DNA of 64,000 nucleotides from an uncultured cyanobacterium (GCA_963706595.1 OY970166.1:4320001-4384000); one strand, 5' to 3'. Shown: positions 19,868 to 31,868, numbered from the stretch's first letter. Numbers and translations are program-made. The notes: generated by a model not told the origin, from the sequence alone.

Positions 19868-21013
19868 ATGTATTCAAAGGTGTACGGCATGAATGGCACA
19901 ATTCGCGTTGGTAATCTCTTCGGGATTCCCTTCTATATCCATCCGTCATGGTTTCTAGTTCTGGGCTTGGTAGCTTGGAGTTATAGCAGTGGACTGACGG
20001 CACAATTTCCCTTATTATCTGGGGGATTAGCTTTAACACTGGGATTGATGACAGCGTTGTTATTGTTTGCCTCTGTCGTCGCCCATGAATTAGGACATAG
20101 CTTTGTCGCAATTCGCCAAGGAATCGATGTCAAATCCATCACATTATTTATATTTGGTGGCTTGGCTAGTTTAGAAAAAGAATCGGAAACCCCAGGGGAA
20201 GCATTTTGGGTGGCGATTGCAGGTCCTTTAGTTAGCCTCGTCCTCTGTGGTGTATTCACAGTCATTGGTGTCACTACCGCCGCCACAGGTGCAACAGCAG
20301 CTATCCTTGGTGTTCTGGCTTCTGTTAACTTGGCATTAGCGTTATTTAACTTAATTCCTGGCTTACCTTTAGATGGTGGTAATATCCTCAAGGCTGCTGT
20401 GTGGAAGATTACAGGCAACCCTTACAAAGGTGTAACTTTCGCCAGTCGCGTAGGACAAATATTTGGTTGGGTGGCGATCGCATCTGGTTTAATTCCCCTA
20501 TTATTCTTTGGTAGCTTCGCCAACTCTTGGAACTTGTTAATCGGTTTCTTCTTGCTACAAAATGCTGGTAAATCAGCCCAATTTGCCAGAGTACAACAAA
20601 AATTCACAGGCTTGACCGCAGCAGATGCTGTAACCGACCATAGCCCCATCGTATCCGCCAATACTAGCCTCAGAGAGTTTGCAGACCAACGAATTTTTAA
20701 CAATCAAGATTGGAAAACATTCTTAGTCACTGATGAAGATGGAAAATTAATCGGCGCAATTAACCTGAATGATTTGCGGACTGTTCCCACAACACAGTGG
20801 ACAGAAACCCCAGTCAGCGCCGTGATGAAGTCCATTGAAGAATCGACTACAGTTAAATCAGATCAACCTCTGTTGGAAGTAGTACAGTTACTCGAACAAC
20901 AAAAGTTATCTACGATTTCTGTGATTCGTGACAATGGTGTACTGGTGGGAATTTTAGAAAAAGCAGCGATTATTCAGTTACTGCAAAATAGAACTCAACC
21001 TAATCCTGTATAG
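19868..21013 (+). CDS. Site-2 protease (M50) with CBS domains; start probably ATG 19889
   Basis: HELGH, FNLIPGLPLDGG, C-terminal CBS pair. Confidence 0.95.
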   Translation: MYSKVYGMNGTIRVGNLFGIPFYIHPSWFLVLGLVAWSYSSGLTAQFPLLSGGLALTLGLMTALLLFASVVAHELGHSFVAIRQGIDVKSITLFIFGGLASLEKESETPGEAFWVAIAGPLVSLVLCGVFTVIGVTTAATGATAAILGVLASVNLALALFNLIPGLPLDGGNILKAAVWKITGNPYKGVTFASRVGQIFGWVAIASGLIPLLFFGSFANSWNLLIGFFLLQNAGKSAQFARVQQKFTGLTAADAVTDHSPIVSANTSLREFADQRIFNNQDWKTFLVTDEDGKLIGAINLNDLRTVPTTQWTETPVSAVMKSIEESTTVKSDQPLLEVVQLLEQQKLSTISVIRDNGVLVGILEKAAIIQLLQNRTQPNPV

Positions 21014-21037
21014 TTGTCTGACAAAATTGAATAGCTG

Positions 21038-21069
21038 AAAGACTCCCTCGGATTTTCTGGGGGAGTTTT
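21038..21069 (+). terminator. Rho-independent terminator
   Basis: AAAGACTCCCTCGG..CTGGGGGAGTTTT hairpin after the M50 gene. Confidence 0.65.
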
Positions 21070-21116
21070 AAAATTAATTATTTCACGCAGAGGCGCAGAG
21101 GCGCAGAGAGTTAGAG

Positions 21117-21809
21117 ATGTTTGAGAAACAGCCAGAAGGTTTACAGCAACGGGTGAAGGAGTTAGCGAACCAAGCTATGGAAGAGGCTAATCCTACTGCA
21201 TGGTTTGATGTTTTATATAGTCAGTCTCAGGGTGATGTCACACAAATTCCTTGGGCTAAGTTAATTTGTCACCCTTATTTACAAGATTGGTTGACTATTC
21301 ATGATACTCAAGGTGAGGGACTTTCGGCGCTGGTAATTGGGTGTGGTTTGGGAGATGATGCAGAAGCTTTAGCCAGTCGGGGTTTTCAAGTTACTGCTTT
21401 TGATATTTCGCCAACGGCTATTGATTGGTGTCAGCAACGATTTCCTGATTCTTCTGTGAATTATGTAGTTGCAGATTTGTTAAATTTACCTGCACAATGG
21501 CATCAAGCTTTTGATTTAGTTGTAGAAATTCGGAATATCCAAGCTTTACCTTTAAATCTCCGTTCTACTGTGATTGCGTCAGTGGCTTCTGTAGTCGCCG
21601 CAACAGGAACTTTATTAGTGATTAATCGGTTTAGAGACACAGATATAGAACCTGATGGACCTCCCTGGGCTTTGTCTGATTCCGAATTAGCCCAGTTTAC
21701 AGAATTGGGTTTACAAGAAGTCAGCCGTGTGCAGTTTTATGAGGGTGAACGGGTTGATGTTCCACAACTACGGTTAGAATATCAGAAATCTGTCCCGCCA
21801 AAAGTCTAA
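21117..21809 (+). CDS. Class I SAM-dependent methyltransferase (TPMT-like)
   Basis: LVIGCGLGDDAE, FDISPTAI, GPPW. Confidence 0.9.
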   Translation: MFEKQPEGLQQRVKELANQAMEEANPTAWFDVLYSQSQGDVTQIPWAKLICHPYLQDWLTIHDTQGEGLSALVIGCGLGDDAEALASRGFQVTAFDISPTAIDWCQQRFPDSSVNYVVADLLNLPAQWHQAFDLVVEIRNIQALPLNLRSTVIASVASVVAATGTLLVINRFRDTDIEPDGPPWALSDSELAQFTELGLQEVSRVQFYEGERVDVPQLRLEYQKSVPPKV

Positions 21810-22009
21810 TAATGCTACAAAATGTTACCTCAGCACTGCTTTAGAAATTTTTGAGTCACAATAGAGGTAGAAGTCATCTACGATTGGAGGTTGTGATGAT
21901 TTACAACTTGACACTATTTGACCCTACCAACTACCTAATTGTTAAACTCAGTATCCTGATTTTGGTACTGCTGACATTTTTGGTAATTTCTGCCGCACCA
22001 GCAGTTTAG

Positions 22010-22681
22010 TCACTCGACTAATTCCACGCCGAATACTTCCGCAAAACAATCAGCTATATTAACACGCACTTCTTCGCAGGTAATACCGGGAATCCATTCG
22101 GCTAAACTGGCGACGGGTTTATCAGCAATACCACAGGGGATAATTTGTTTAAAGCCTGACATATCGGGACAAACATTGAATGCAAACCCGTGCATGGTAA
22201 TCCAACGGCTGACTTTAATGCCGATGGCGGCGACTTTACGCCCTTCTAACCAAACTCCAGTAAAACCCGGTAGGCGATCGCCTGTCAACCCATAAACTGC
22301 CAATACCCGAATTAATACTTCTTCTAGCTGCCGTAAATACCAATGCAAATCTTTACGATAATATTGCAGATTTAAAATAGGATACCCCACAACTTGACCA
22401 GGGCAATGGTAAGTTACTTCGCCACCACGTTCAACTCTGTGAACATTGAACTTACTTTGATCTAGGTCTTTGAGAAATTCGGGGTTGCTGCCTTGTCCCA
22501 AAGTATAGACAGGCGGATGCTCTAGCAATATTAACACATCATCCAGACTAGGTTGAAGAATGCGCTCCTGGAGAAGCGATCGCTGCCATAAAAGTGCCTC
22601 TGTGTATGGCATCAATCCGGCGTTAAATAACAAACAACGTCTGGAATCCCTTTCGGTACTACGAATCATGCCAAAAAACAA
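22010..22681 (-). CDS. lipB: Lipoyl(octanoyl) transferase
   Basis: [39 protein letters not shown]. Confidence 0.95.
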   Translation of the reverse strand: MFFGMIRSTERDSRRCLLFNAGLMPYTEALLWQRSLLQERILQPSLDDVLILLEHPPVYTLGQGSNPEFLKDLDQSKFNVHRVERGGEVTYHCPGQVVGYPILNLQYYRKDLHWYLRQLEEVLIRVLAVYGLTGDRLPGFTGVWLEGRKVAAIGIKVSRWITMHGFAFNVCPDMSGFKQIIPCGIADKPVASLAEWIPGITCEEVRVNIADCFAEVFGVELVE

Positions 22682-23062
22682 CTGGGTTATTCACCAAATA
22701 TATTTCAATTTACAGCTTTTGGGTCAAGAAATGTCAAGCAATGCAAAGGATTTTAAAGGAACGCCAAAGTCAGGTGCATTCTAGAATACAAAATGCTAAG
22801 TTGAATATATAACCTCAACGGTGTTAGGAGGAAATCTCAGCATCCAGCATCACGCCAAACAGAATCAGAACGAATGCACTGGCTGGTGAATCTCATAAAT
22901 CGTTTGCATCTGGAACTGGATCACCCATCCAAAACAGAGCCAACGCATAAGCAGTACATTAAAATAGTTCAAAATTTGTTTTGGCGGTAGTGAAAGACCT
23001 TACCGCGACTTCTTTTCATACAAAACAAATTCACATCAAATATATTCAGTGGGAGAGTTTAC

Positions 23063-23704
23063 ATGAAGCTTGTCATCCACGGCAAAAATATTGAAATCAC
23101 CGATGCTATTCGGGAGTATGTACATCTAAAAATTGAAAAAGCCGTAAGTCATTTTCAGAACATCACCAATGAAGTGGATGTGCATCTGAGTGTCGCCCGC
23201 AATCCTCGGATTACCACCAAGCAAGCGGCGGAAGTCACTATTTTTGCAAATGGTAGTGTTATCCGTGCAGAGGAAAGCAGCGAAAATTTATACGCCAGCA
23301 TTGATTTAGTAGCAGATAAAATTGCCCGTCAACTGCGTAAATATAAGGAAAGACTTCAAGACCAGAAAACTAATGCCCCACCCACAAATCAAGTATTAGT
23401 TCCTGAACCAGTGGCGGCGGATTTAATAGGCGATCGCACCCCCGAACTACCAAACGAGGTCGTCCGTACAAAGTATTTTTCCATGCCCCCGATGACCGTT
23501 GCAGAAGCCACACAACAGCTGCAACTGGTGGGACACGACTTTTATATGTTCCACAACTCTGAAACTGGCGAAATGAATGTGGTTTACGAGCGTAACCACG
23601 GCGGTTACGGTGTAATTCAACCCCGTCATAGTAACGGAAACACCAACGGCAAAAATGGCAATTCAGCCCAAGCTGTCCCCGAAAAAGCCCACTCTCATAA
23701 GTAA
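23063..23704 (+). CDS. hpf: Long-form ribosome hibernation promoting factor (LrtA)
   Basis: [27 protein letters not shown]-terminal GHDFYMF..VVYER..GYG. Confidence 0.95.
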   Translation: MKLVIHGKNIEITDAIREYVHLKIEKAVSHFQNITNEVDVHLSVARNPRITTKQAAEVTIFANGSVIRAEESSENLYASIDLVADKIARQLRKYKERLQDQKTNAPPTNQVLVPEPVAADLIGDRTPELPNEVVRTKYFSMPPMTVAEATQQLQLVGHDFYMFHNSETGEMNVVYERNHGGYGVIQPRHSNGNTNGKNGNSAQAVPEKAHSHK

Positions 23705-23720
23705 GAGTCGGGTCAGCAGA

Positions 23721-23836
23721 CCTAACCCCCCTAGCCCCCCTTCCCTACAAGGGAATGGGGGAAACTAACTCACCTCTCTAGCTCACCTTTCTAGCTCCCC
23801 TCTCCTTACTAAGGAGAGGGGCTGGGGGTGAGGTTC
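23721..23836. repeat. Palindromic intergenic repeat between convergent genes
   Basis: cccccttccctacaagggaatggggg and cccctctccttactaaggagagggg hairpins. Confidence 0.75.
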
Positions 23837-23838
23837 TT

Positions 23839-24297
23839 TTATACCGCCAACTGTTGCAAAGTTTTCAGCGCTTCCTCAACGTGACCCTTAAAATTCAACA
23901 TTGAATCAAACACATACTGCACAACGCCCTCTTTGTCAATCACATAAGTCACACGACCGGGGACAAAACCAAACATAGCAGTTGCGCCGTATTGCTTCCG
24001 TACTTGGTCGCCTTTATCACTCAACAGCGTAAAAGGTAAATTGTACTTCTGGGCAAATTTCTGGTGAGACTCGTTAGAATCACCGCTAACGCCAATCACT
24101 TCCGCACCAGCAGTTTTAAACACCTCATATTGATCCCGGAAAGCACAAGATTCGGCTGTACATCCCGGTGTATCATCCTTGGGATAAAAGTATAACACCA
24201 CAGCTTTTTGACCACGAAAAGCGCTAAGGCTAACTGTGGAACCATTTTGGGCGCTGAGAGAGAAATCAGGCGCAGTATCACCAACTTTAACAGACAT
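23839..24297 (-). CDS. bcp: Peroxiredoxin Q / BCP
   Basis: [20 protein letters not shown]; start reassigned to ATG 24297 (MSVKVGD). Confidence 0.9.
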   Translation of the reverse strand: MSVKVGDTAPDFSLSAQNGSTVSLSAFRGQKAVVLYFYPKDDTPGCTAESCAFRDQYEVFKTAGAEVIGVSGDSNESHQKFAQKYNLPFTLLSDKGDQVRKQYGATAMFGFVPGRVTYVIDKEGVVQYVFDSMLNFKGHVEEALKTLQQLAV

Positions 24298-24317
24298 ATT
24301 ATTTCTTACCGATTTTA

Positions 24318-26249
24318 TTAAGCATCCATCTCTGCTAATTCTAACCACCGTTCTGTCGCCGTATCAATCGAATGCTTGAGATTTTCCACTTGTTCGTAGA
24401 GTTTCTGGACTTGGGTGTAATTCCCAGCAGAGACATTTACCAAAGCTTTTTCGGCTGTGGCTTTCTCAGTTTCCAACTTGGCAATTTTACCTTCTAACTC
24501 CTCAAATTCCCGCTTTTCCCAGTTTGATAGTCTGCGGCGCTTTTTATTGTCGCTGTCTGAAGACGAAGCTGCAACTTTCACCTCTTCCTTGGGTTTTTCC
24601 TTCGTATTCGCGGTTTGTTGCTGTTTTGCTTCTTCCTCCTCAGCCTTCTTGTAATCGAGATAAATTGAGTAATTACCTGGATATTTACGGAGATTACCGC
24701 CCTCTTCCAAGGAAAAAATAGTATCTACAGTGCGATCTAAAAAGTAGCGATCGTGAGAAACTGCAATTACACAACCAGGAAAATCTTCTAAATAATCCTC
24801 TAGTACCGCCAATGTCTGCACATCTAAATCATTGGTAGGTTCATCTAAAATCAACACATTAGGCGCACCAATCAGAATCCGCAGTAAAAACAAACGGCGT
24901 TTTTCTCCACCAGATAACTTATTAATTGGCGCATATTGCTGGTTTCCGGGAAACAGAAACCGTTCTAACATTTGAGAAGCAGAAATTTGAGTTCCATCAG
25001 AAACTTTGACAAATTCGCCCTCTTCTTTAATGTAGTCAATCACGCGCTGATTTTCGTCTACGGCTGAAAGTAACTCTTCCGAATGCTGGTCAAAATAGCC
25101 GATGTGAATTGTCGTCCCAATATCCACAATACCGGAATCTGGTTGAATACGTTTGGTAATCATATCCATTAAAGTAGATTTACCAGTTCCATTTCCGCCA
25201 ATAATTCCAATGCGATCTTCTGGACTAAATTCGTAGGTGAAATCCTTAATTAAAGTCCGTCCATCATAGCCTTTAGAGACGTTATTTAATTCAATAACTT
25301 TTTTACCAATGCGACGGCTAACGGTGGAAATATCAACTTTTCCCTGGACTTGTTTAAACTCAGTTTCCCGCAAACTTTCTACGCGTTGAATTCGGGCTTT
25401 TTGTTTAGTGCTTCTGGCTTTTGGTCCCCGGCTTAACCATTCTAATTCTCGGCGTAATATACCTTTGTGTTTGCGTTGGCTACTAATTGCCGATTCTTCA
25501 GCTAAAGCTTTCTTTTCCAGGTAATATGAATAATTACCAGAATAAGTGTAAATATCGCCTCGGTCGATTTCAATAATTCGGTTTGTGACTTGATCAAGAA
25601 AATAGCGGTCGTGAGTTATGAGCAAAAGTGCGCCACGAAAGCGATTTAAATAACTTTGCAGCCATTCCACAGACAGCGCATCCAGATGGTTTGTAGGTTC
25701 ATCCATCAGTAAAACATCTGGTTCTGATAGTAAGGCTGTTGCTAAAGCGATGCGCTTGCGATAGCCTCCTGACAAAGTACCAATAACCGCATCAAAATCA
25801 GAAATTCCTAACTTAGTTAAGATAATTTTGGCGTTGGTTTCCAGTTCCCAAGCGCCAGCAGTTTCCATGCGTTGCATTACCCCAGACAAGCGGGACATTA
25901 ACTGACTATCTTCTGGATGGTGAACCAGTTTATGAGATAGTTCTTCATACTCACGCACCAAAGCCAAATGTTCACCACTATCAGCAAAAATTTGCTCTAA
26001 AACAGTGTGATTTTCATCTAAATCTGGCTGCTGCGGTAAGTAAATTACTTTTGCACCAGAACTAAAGGTAATTTGTCCACTATCAATTGATTCTAATCCG
26101 GCAATCATTTTTAATAAAGTTGATTTACCAGAACCGTTAGTCCCAATTAAGCCAACTTTATCGGTAGCATCTAAGCTAAAACTAGCATCTCGTAAAAGTT
26201 CTTTGATGCCAAAATCTTTTTTAACTGATTGTAATGTAATAGTACTCAT
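24318..26249 (-). CDS. ABC-F family ATPase (Uup-like)
   Basis: Two NBDs ([24 protein letters not shown]), no TM segments, C-terminal coiled coil. Confidence 0.9.
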   Translation of the reverse strand: MSTITLQSVKKDFGIKELLRDASFSLDATDKVGLIGTNGSGKSTLLKMIAGLESIDSGQITFSSGAKVIYLPQQPDLDENHTVLEQIFADSGEHLALVREYEELSHKLVHHPEDSQLMSRLSGVMQRMETAGAWELETNAKIILTKLGISDFDAVIGTLSGGYRKRIALATALLSEPDVLLMDEPTNHLDALSVEWLQSYLNRFRGALLLITHDRYFLDQVTNRIIEIDRGDIYTYSGNYSYYLEKKALAEESAISSQRKHKGILRRELEWLSRGPKARSTKQKARIQRVESLRETEFKQVQGKVDISTVSRRIGKKVIELNNVSKGYDGRTLIKDFTYEFSPEDRIGIIGGNGTGKSTLMDMITKRIQPDSGIVDIGTTIHIGYFDQHSEELLSAVDENQRVIDYIKEEGEFVKVSDGTQISASQMLERFLFPGNQQYAPINKLSGGEKRRLFLLRILIGAPNVLILDEPTNDLDVQTLAVLEDYLEDFPGCVIAVSHDRYFLDRTVDTIFSLEEGGNLRKYPGNYSIYLDYKKAEEEEAKQQQTANTKEKPKEEVKVAASSSDSDNKKRRRLSNWEKREFEELEGKIAKLETEKATAEKALVNVSAGNYTQVQKLYEQVENLKHSIDTATERWLELAEMDA

Positions 26250-26445
26250 AAAAATTAGTTATTAGCCCTTCGGCTACGCTCAGGGTAAATCATTGATCAT
26301 TAGTCGGTGTCTGTAGAACATCTAGTTTTACCAAGATGGGAACATTTCAAGTGGGTTATTTTCTTTTATCCGCCTGTGTAAGTTACAATCTCGTTAGTCA
26401 ATTTAACTTACACATTTGGAATACTTCCAACGACAGTGGCAAATT

Positions 26446-26862
26446 CTACACAAATAAATCCAGGGGTAAATGTCCATACATTTCGTTGATTCCCCCTTCA
26501 TTATAAGATTGGCAAGAAATTAATACACCCCGATGATGTCCGGCATAAGCATCGAGATAACATAATCCATTTTTGCCATTCAATTTGATATAAACTGGAC
26601 CTTCGGGTGTAGCTAAATCAGTGGGGACTTCATAGCCAAAAGCATGAGAATAAGTCCTCATCGCCAGTATCCCATCTTCTGCGGTATCAGCACAAATCCC
26701 TAATATTTGGTAATCCGAAATACTAGCTACCAAAGTTAAAGCCCGACGCACCAAGGCTTTTTCTGAAGGTTTGAGAATGGGTGCGATGTCTAAGCAGTTG
26801 AATTTATGCAGAATTTTTGTAGCTTCTGAGATTGTCAGGTCTTGATGGTTTGGTGTCGTCAT
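26446..26862 (-). CDS. DUF1824 family protein
   Basis: ILGICAD, GPVYIKLN, RGVLISCQ, YGHLPLDLF. Confidence 0.75.
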   Translation of the reverse strand: MTTPNHQDLTISEATKILHKFNCLDIAPILKPSEKALVRRALTLVASISDYQILGICADTAEDGILAMRTYSHAFGYEVPTDLATPEGPVYIKLNGKNGLCYLDAYAGHHRGVLISCQSYNEGGINEMYGHLPLDLFV

Positions 26863-26943
26863 AAATCAATTTATGATTTTCTGGGTTTGGCTTTGGTATC
26901 TGAGGTGGGTTACTCCCACCCCATTTTGCATTATTTACTCAAA

Positions 26944-27825
26944 TTATGGTTGATTGTATTCGGGATTTCCCAGGTTGAAAAGGAATGGCACACCGCCTTT
27001 GGATTCATTACCCATAACGAGGACTCTAGGCATCTGAGAGCCGCCATTTCTCCAAGCTTCAATTGCTTCTTTTTGCAGAACTAACTGCCCACCTTGGGCT
27101 TTGAGAGTCTCTGCTAAGAGTTTTTGGGCTTCGGCTCTACCCTTGGCGCGATTCACATCCGCCTGAGCTTGTTGTTCGGCTTCCCTGGCTATATAAACGG
27201 CTCTTTGCGCTCGCTGTTCAGCTATCTGTTTTTCTTCTACAGCTTTGGCAAATTCTGGCGAGAAATTCAAGTCAACTACGCTAGTATCTAGCACAATTAT
27301 CCCATATTTAGCCAGGCGATTGCCCAAAGCAAAATCAAAGTCTTCTTTTAATTCACTCCTTTTGGTAATTGCTTCTTCTACTGTTCTTCTAGCAGCAGCG
27401 ATTTTAAATGCTTCCTGTGTCTGAGGAGCAATGATTTTTGAGACAATATTTGCTAAAGTTCCTTGCTTTCTTCTTACCTCAACTACCTGTGTGGGGTCAA
27501 GGCGAAAGTTAATCGCAAATCTTGCTGATAAATTTTGCAAGTCCTTGGTAGAACTTTCGGCTGGGACTTCAAATTTTTGTACCGTCAAATCATACACATC
27601 AACTACCGACACCAGGGGTGGTTTAATGTGAATACCTTCTAGTAGCGCACCATCTCTAGCTTTACCTAAGATGCTGATGACTCCTGCTTGTCCTGGGTTG
27701 AGAATAACAAAGGAATTTAGTCCGACGAGGACAATGAGTGCTAACACAATTCCAAAAACTGTGGTTTGCCAATTCCCAAATTGCTGACTTTTCAAGGTTC
27801 TATCTCCTTTTGCATCTTTAGGCAA
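26944..27825 (-). CDS. Prohibitin / SPFH domain protein; start may be TTG 27795
   Basis: N-terminal TM, STKDLQ, FSPEFAKAVEEKQIAEQ. Confidence 0.9.
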   Translation of the reverse strand: MPKDAKGDRTLKSQQFGNWQTTVFGIVLALIVLVGLNSFVILNPGQAGVISILGKARDGALLEGIHIKPPLVSVVDVYDLTVQKFEVPAESSTKDLQNLSARFAINFRLDPTQVVEVRRKQGTLANIVSKIIAPQTQEAFKIAAARRTVEEAITKRSELKEDFDFALGNRLAKYGIIVLDTSVVDLNFSPEFAKAVEEKQIAEQRAQRAVYIAREAEQQAQADVNRAKGRAEAQKLLAETLKAQGGQLVLQKEAIEAWRNGGSQMPRVLVMGNESKGGVPFLFNLGNPEYNQP

Positions 27826-27857
27826 CTCCTGTACTATGGTGACACGTCCTCGGTAAA

Positions 27858-28466
27858 AAGAGGCAGGGGGGCAGGGAGCAGGGGGCAGGGGAGAAGAGGC
27901 TGGGTGGCGGGGAGAAGAGGCAGGGGAAAAGAGGCAGGGGAGCAGGGAGCAGGGGGCAGGGGAGAAGAGGCAGGGTGGCGGGAATTAGCGTTTTAACAGC
28001 CAGGGTGTTGGGTTGTTGATAATAGTTACTAGAATGCTTAAAATGCGATTGTAGGCTCCATAAAGTTCTCTACCTGTTTCCACATCTAAATAATTACATT
28101 TAACCGCGAACTTAAGCCAAGTTTGCGTTTCTGCTGCCTCGGACTCAGAATCACTTAGTTTAGCTACAAAAGCTGCTTCATAACGACGCTTTCTCCATGC
28201 TTCTGCAAGATTTGCACAAACAGAACGAGATGAACGACGAATTTGATCTATCAATGAATACTTCTCTTCTACAGGAAACTTCTTTGATAATTCAAAAATT
28301 TTCATGGCAACATCAAATGCCATTTTGTAAACTTCCAAGTCTTCATGACTTTTAATTGGTTCTTTTTCCATGTTCCCTGCTACTTTTTTTACCTATCTTA
28401 CCCCCGCTCCTTGCCCCCCTTGCTTCTTCTCCCCCCTGCTCCCTGCCCCCTGCCCCCCTGCCTCTT
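27858..28466. mobile_element. Putative element: inverted heptamer-repeat arms enclosing a four-helix-bundle gene
   Basis: Left arm 27858-27984 (GCAGGGG-type); right arm ~28372-28466 (CCCCTGC-type); outer 19 bp are perfect inverted repeats. Confidence 0.6.
27985..28371 (-). CDS. Four helix bundle protein (23S rRNA IVS protein / Avd-like family)
   Basis: DLEVY, FPVEEKYSL.DQIRRSSRSVCANLAE, E..ETQ.WL. Confidence 0.9.
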   Translation of the reverse strand: MEKEPIKSHEDLEVYKMAFDVAMKIFELSKKFPVEEKYSLIDQIRRSSRSVCANLAEAWRKRRYEAAFVAKLSDSESEAAETQTWLKFAVKCNYLDVETGRELYGAYNRILSILVTIINNPTPWLLKR

Positions 28467-28498
28467 ATTGTGGTAACATCAGTGTCACGCAACCGTAA

Positions 28499-30313
28499 AT
28501 GACTGTGGCTATAGCATTTAAATCTGTTCAGGCATCAAAAAGACGTAGGCATTCAGTACATCCTCTTCAGCGCTTGCTTGACTACGGACACGAGTATCGG
28601 CAACAAATTTGGCTGGCTATTGTTTGTTCTATCCTGAATAAACTTTTTGATTTAGCACCACCAGCACTAATTGGGATTGCGGTGGATGTGGTAGTTCAGC
28701 AGCAGGATTCGATCATTGCTCAGTTTGGTGTTAAAGATGTCTTTGGGCAATTTTTGATTCTGTCTCTACTCACTGTGATTACTTGGATTTTAGAATCATT
28801 TTTTGAATATCGCTATAAGTTATTGTGGCGTAACTTAGGGCAGAAGATTCAGCATAATTTACGTTTGGATGCATACAAACACCTGCAAGAGTTGGAATTG
28901 GCTTATTTTGAGGAACGCAGCACAGGGGGGTTAATGTCTATCCTCAGTGATGATGTGAACCAATTAGAGCGTTTTCTAGATGTGGGCGCAAATGACATCA
29001 TTCAAGTAATCACCACTGTGGTAATTATTGGCGGGGCATTTTTTGTTTTGGCTCCTAGTATAGCTTGGATGGCAATTTTGCCGATGCCTTTTATTCTCTG
29101 GGGTTCGGTAGCTTTTCAGAAGTTGTTAGCACCACGTTATGCTGATGTCCGCGAAAAGGTAGGTTTACTCAATGGCCGTTTGTCAAATAATCTGAGTGGA
29201 ATCACTACGATTAAGAGTTTCACGGCTGAGGAGTATGAAGCCGGACGTTTAGAGTTAGAAAGTCTAGCTTATAAACAAAGTAACTCGAAAGCGATCGCAC
29301 TGTCTGCGGCTTTTATTCCGTTGATTCGGATGTTGATTTTAATCAGTTTTACAGCCTTACTCCTATTTGGTGGTATGGAAGCAGTGGCTGGGAGAATGTC
29401 TGTAGGCGCTTACAGTGTATTAATATTTTTAATCCAGCGTTTACTTTGGCCTTTAACTAGGTTAGGCGATACCTTTGATTTATATCAACGGGCGATGGCT
29501 TCTACTAATCGGGTGATGAATTTGTTGGATACTCCTTTTGCAATTCATCCCGGAAACATCGCTTTACCTGTGGATGTTGTGCGGGGGGAAGTGGAGTTTC
29601 ACAATGTCAGTTTTGCTTATCAAGATAGATTACCAGTGATGGAAAATCTGTCTTTGCGTGTGACCGCCGGAAATACAATTGCAATTGTGGGTTCTACTGG
29701 TTCGGGTAAAAGCACTTTAGTTAAACTTTTATTGCGGTTGTATGAGGTAAAATCTGGGAAAATTACCCTAGATGGGATTGCATTACCAGATTTAAATTTA
29801 CGGGATTTGCGGCGCTGTATTGGTTTGGTGAGTCAGGATGTATTTTTATTTCATGGTACGGTGGCGGAGAATATTGCTTATGGCAGCTTTGATGCTAGAG
29901 AATCAGAGATCATTACGGCGGCTAAGGTGGCTGAGGCGCATGAATTTATTATGGAACTGCCCCAAGGTTATGAGACAATTGTGGGGGAGCGTGGTCAAAA
30001 GTTATCTGGTGGACAACGACAAAGAATTGCGATCGCACGTGCAATACTCAAGAATCCGCCAATTTTGATTTTAGATGAGGCTACCTCGGCGGTGGATAAT
30101 GAAACGGAAGCGGCTATTCAGCGATCGCTCGAACGGATTACAGTAGATAGAACTACCATTGCGATCGCTCATCGTCTTTCTACTATCCGTAATGCTGATT
30201 GTATTTATGTCATGGAGCATGGGAAATTGATAGAATCAGGAACCCATGAGCAATTACTGGATAAAGACGGTATTTATGCAAGCCTCTGGCGTGTCCAAAG
30301 TGGCTTAAGATAA
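28499..30313 (+). CDS. ABC exporter, fused permease + ATPase
   Basis: 6-TM domain, [28 protein letters not shown]. Confidence 0.95.
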   Translation: MTVAIAFKSVQASKRRRHSVHPLQRLLDYGHEYRQQIWLAIVCSILNKLFDLAPPALIGIAVDVVVQQQDSIIAQFGVKDVFGQFLILSLLTVITWILESFFEYRYKLLWRNLGQKIQHNLRLDAYKHLQELELAYFEERSTGGLMSILSDDVNQLERFLDVGANDIIQVITTVVIIGGAFFVLAPSIAWMAILPMPFILWGSVAFQKLLAPRYADVREKVGLLNGRLSNNLSGITTIKSFTAEEYEAGRLELESLAYKQSNSKAIALSAAFIPLIRMLILISFTALLLFGGMEAVAGRMSVGAYSVLIFLIQRLLWPLTRLGDTFDLYQRAMASTNRVMNLLDTPFAIHPGNIALPVDVVRGEVEFHNVSFAYQDRLPVMENLSLRVTAGNTIAIVGSTGSGKSTLVKLLLRLYEVKSGKITLDGIALPDLNLRDLRRCIGLVSQDVFLFHGTVAENIAYGSFDARESEIITAAKVAEAHEFIMELPQGYETIVGERGQKLSGGQRQRIAIARAILKNPPILILDEATSAVDNETEAAIQRSLERITVDRTTIAIAHRLSTIRNADCIYVMEHGKLIESGTHEQLLDKDGIYASLWRVQSGLR

Positions 30314-30326
30314 ATCTCACTCATTC

Positions 30327-30360
30327 AATTACGAATTACGAATTACGAATTACGAATTAT
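30327..30360. repeat. Heptamer tandem repeat (AATTACG)n
   Basis: Four to five copies between the ABC exporter and the next gene. Confidence 0.85.
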
Positions 30361-30362
30361 TT

Positions 30363-30791
30363 ATGATGTTTGGAAGTAGTCAACCGGAGACAGGGAATAG
30401 CAAGTGGCGCGGCCAGTTGGATAGGTTTGTGAAGGAAAATCAGCGCGATTTGGCGGCGCTTTTTTGGGGGTTGTGGTTGGAGAATGGGAATAGTCAGGGT
30501 ACTGTTGGGATTGATTTACAGCCAACTCCACATTTTATTTATTGTCCTCAAGCGGCGATAGAAGATTTAAATCAGAAGGTTGATAATCGGCTTCAGGAAA
30601 TTTTGGGTATTGTTGATCATCATAAACCTGAAATGGAAGTGGTGATGATTGGGATTGGTAAGGGTGAATTGAAGTTGATTCAGTTTGCACCTGAACCTCC
30701 TCCGCCGGTTTGTTTTGAGGAAGTGGGGAAGGATGTAAATGAGTTGTTGGAGTTGTTGGAACAGAAAATGAGTGGACAGTTCGACTTGTAA
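30363..30791 (+). CDS. ccmS: Probable beta-carboxysome assembly chaperone CcmS
   Basis: Recalled similarity (W..QLD.FVK.NQ..LAAL.WG, GIDL.P.PHF); not searched. Confidence 0.6.
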   Translation: MMFGSSQPETGNSKWRGQLDRFVKENQRDLAALFWGLWLENGNSQGTVGIDLQPTPHFIYCPQAAIEDLNQKVDNRLQEILGIVDHHKPEMEVVMIGIGKGELKLIQFAPEPPPPVCFEEVGKDVNELLELLEQKMSGQFDL

Positions 30792-30838
30792 GTAATTAAT
30801 CCTTTAACTTTTTTGTTTAGCTGCTATTTCTATTTAAA

Positions 30839-31399
30839 ATGAGCCATCTGATTTCAGATATTATTCTCATTGGCCCAGTTGGTACAGGTAAAAGCACTCT
30901 GGGAAAACTCCTCGCTCAAAAGTTAGGAATTTCACAGTGTTCTATGGACGATGTACGATTGGATTATTATCAGGAAATAAATTATGATGCAGAACTCGCA
31001 CAGCAAATAAGAGAAGAAGCAGGATTTGAAGGGATTTATCGTTATTGGAAACGCTTTGAAGCCTACGCAGTGGAAAGATTACTTTCTGAACATAAAAATT
31101 GTGTGATTGATTTTGGTGCAGGACATTCTGTTTTTGAAGACAATGAACTTTTCCAGCGAGTACAAAGAGTTTTAGCGCCTTATGAAAATGTCGTGTTGAT
31201 TCTTCCTTCTCCAAATTTAGAAGAGTCTATCCAAATTCTGAATGAACGCAATGGTGGAATTGTGAGTAATGGCGTTGATTTTAACGAACATTTTGTGAAG
31301 CATCATTCAAATCATGATTTAGCCAAGTTCGTTGTTTATACAAATGGTAAATTGCCTGAAGAAACACGAGATGATATACTCAATATGATAAAAGTTTAA
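30839..31399 (+). CDS. Shikimate kinase-like P-loop kinase
   Basis: IILIGPVGTGKSTLGKLLA, VIDFGAG. Confidence 0.75.
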   Translation: MSHLISDIILIGPVGTGKSTLGKLLAQKLGISQCSMDDVRLDYYQEINYDAELAQQIREEAGFEGIYRYWKRFEAYAVERLLSEHKNCVIDFGAGHSVFEDNELFQRVQRVLAPYENVVLILPSPNLEESIQILNERNGGIVSNGVDFNEHFVKHHSNHDLAKFVVYTNGKLPEETRDDILNMIKV

Positions 31400-31403
31400 A
31401 AAA

Positions 31404-31868
31404 TTACTCCTGCAAAGGCAAGACAGTAATTAAGTTAGCAAATCTGGCAAAGTCACTTGTGTTGTGAGTCAGTAGTTGAGGGATATTGTAAACTAGCATG
31501 GTGGCGACAATATTGGCATCATGAACTTGCTTACCACTGCTAGGAATTTGCTCAATGAGATTTAGTAACCTATCTGTTACCAGAGAACTATCTTCAGCTA
31601 CCCGAAAACGGGTTTGAAAATAGAGAACATCCTCAATTACTGTTGCAATGGGTAATGGGTTGGTAAATTGTTGAGTACGGGTAAGAGTAGCTAAATATTC
31701 CCGCAATATTTGTCGGCTAATCCACAAGTCCACACCCACATCATATAAACTTTGCATAGCTGATATCGCGGCTATGTGAAATGGAGACTGAATTTGACTA
31801 GCATATACTAGGATATTTGTATCTAAAAAAACAGGATTACCTTCCCCAATCACCATACATATCCTCAC
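31404..31868 (-). CDS. vapC: PIN domain (VapC) toxin; start probably ATG 31856
   Basis: FLDTNILVY, E, HDANIVATM, LLTHN..DF. Confidence 0.85.
   Translation of the reverse strand: MRICMVIGEGNPVFLDTNILVYASQIQSPFHIAAISAMQSLYDVGVDLWISRQILREYLATLTRTQQFTNPLPIATVIEDVLYFQTRFRVAEDSSLVTDRLLNLIEQIPSSGKQVHDANIVATMLVYNIPQLLTHNTSDFARFANLITVLPLQE

Noticed and set aside
27766..27996. Gly/Arg-rich 76-aa ORF
   Set aside because: Translation of the heptamer arm
27985..28371. Diversity-generating retroelement (Avd)
   Set aside because: No reverse transcriptase or template/variable repeat pair in the window
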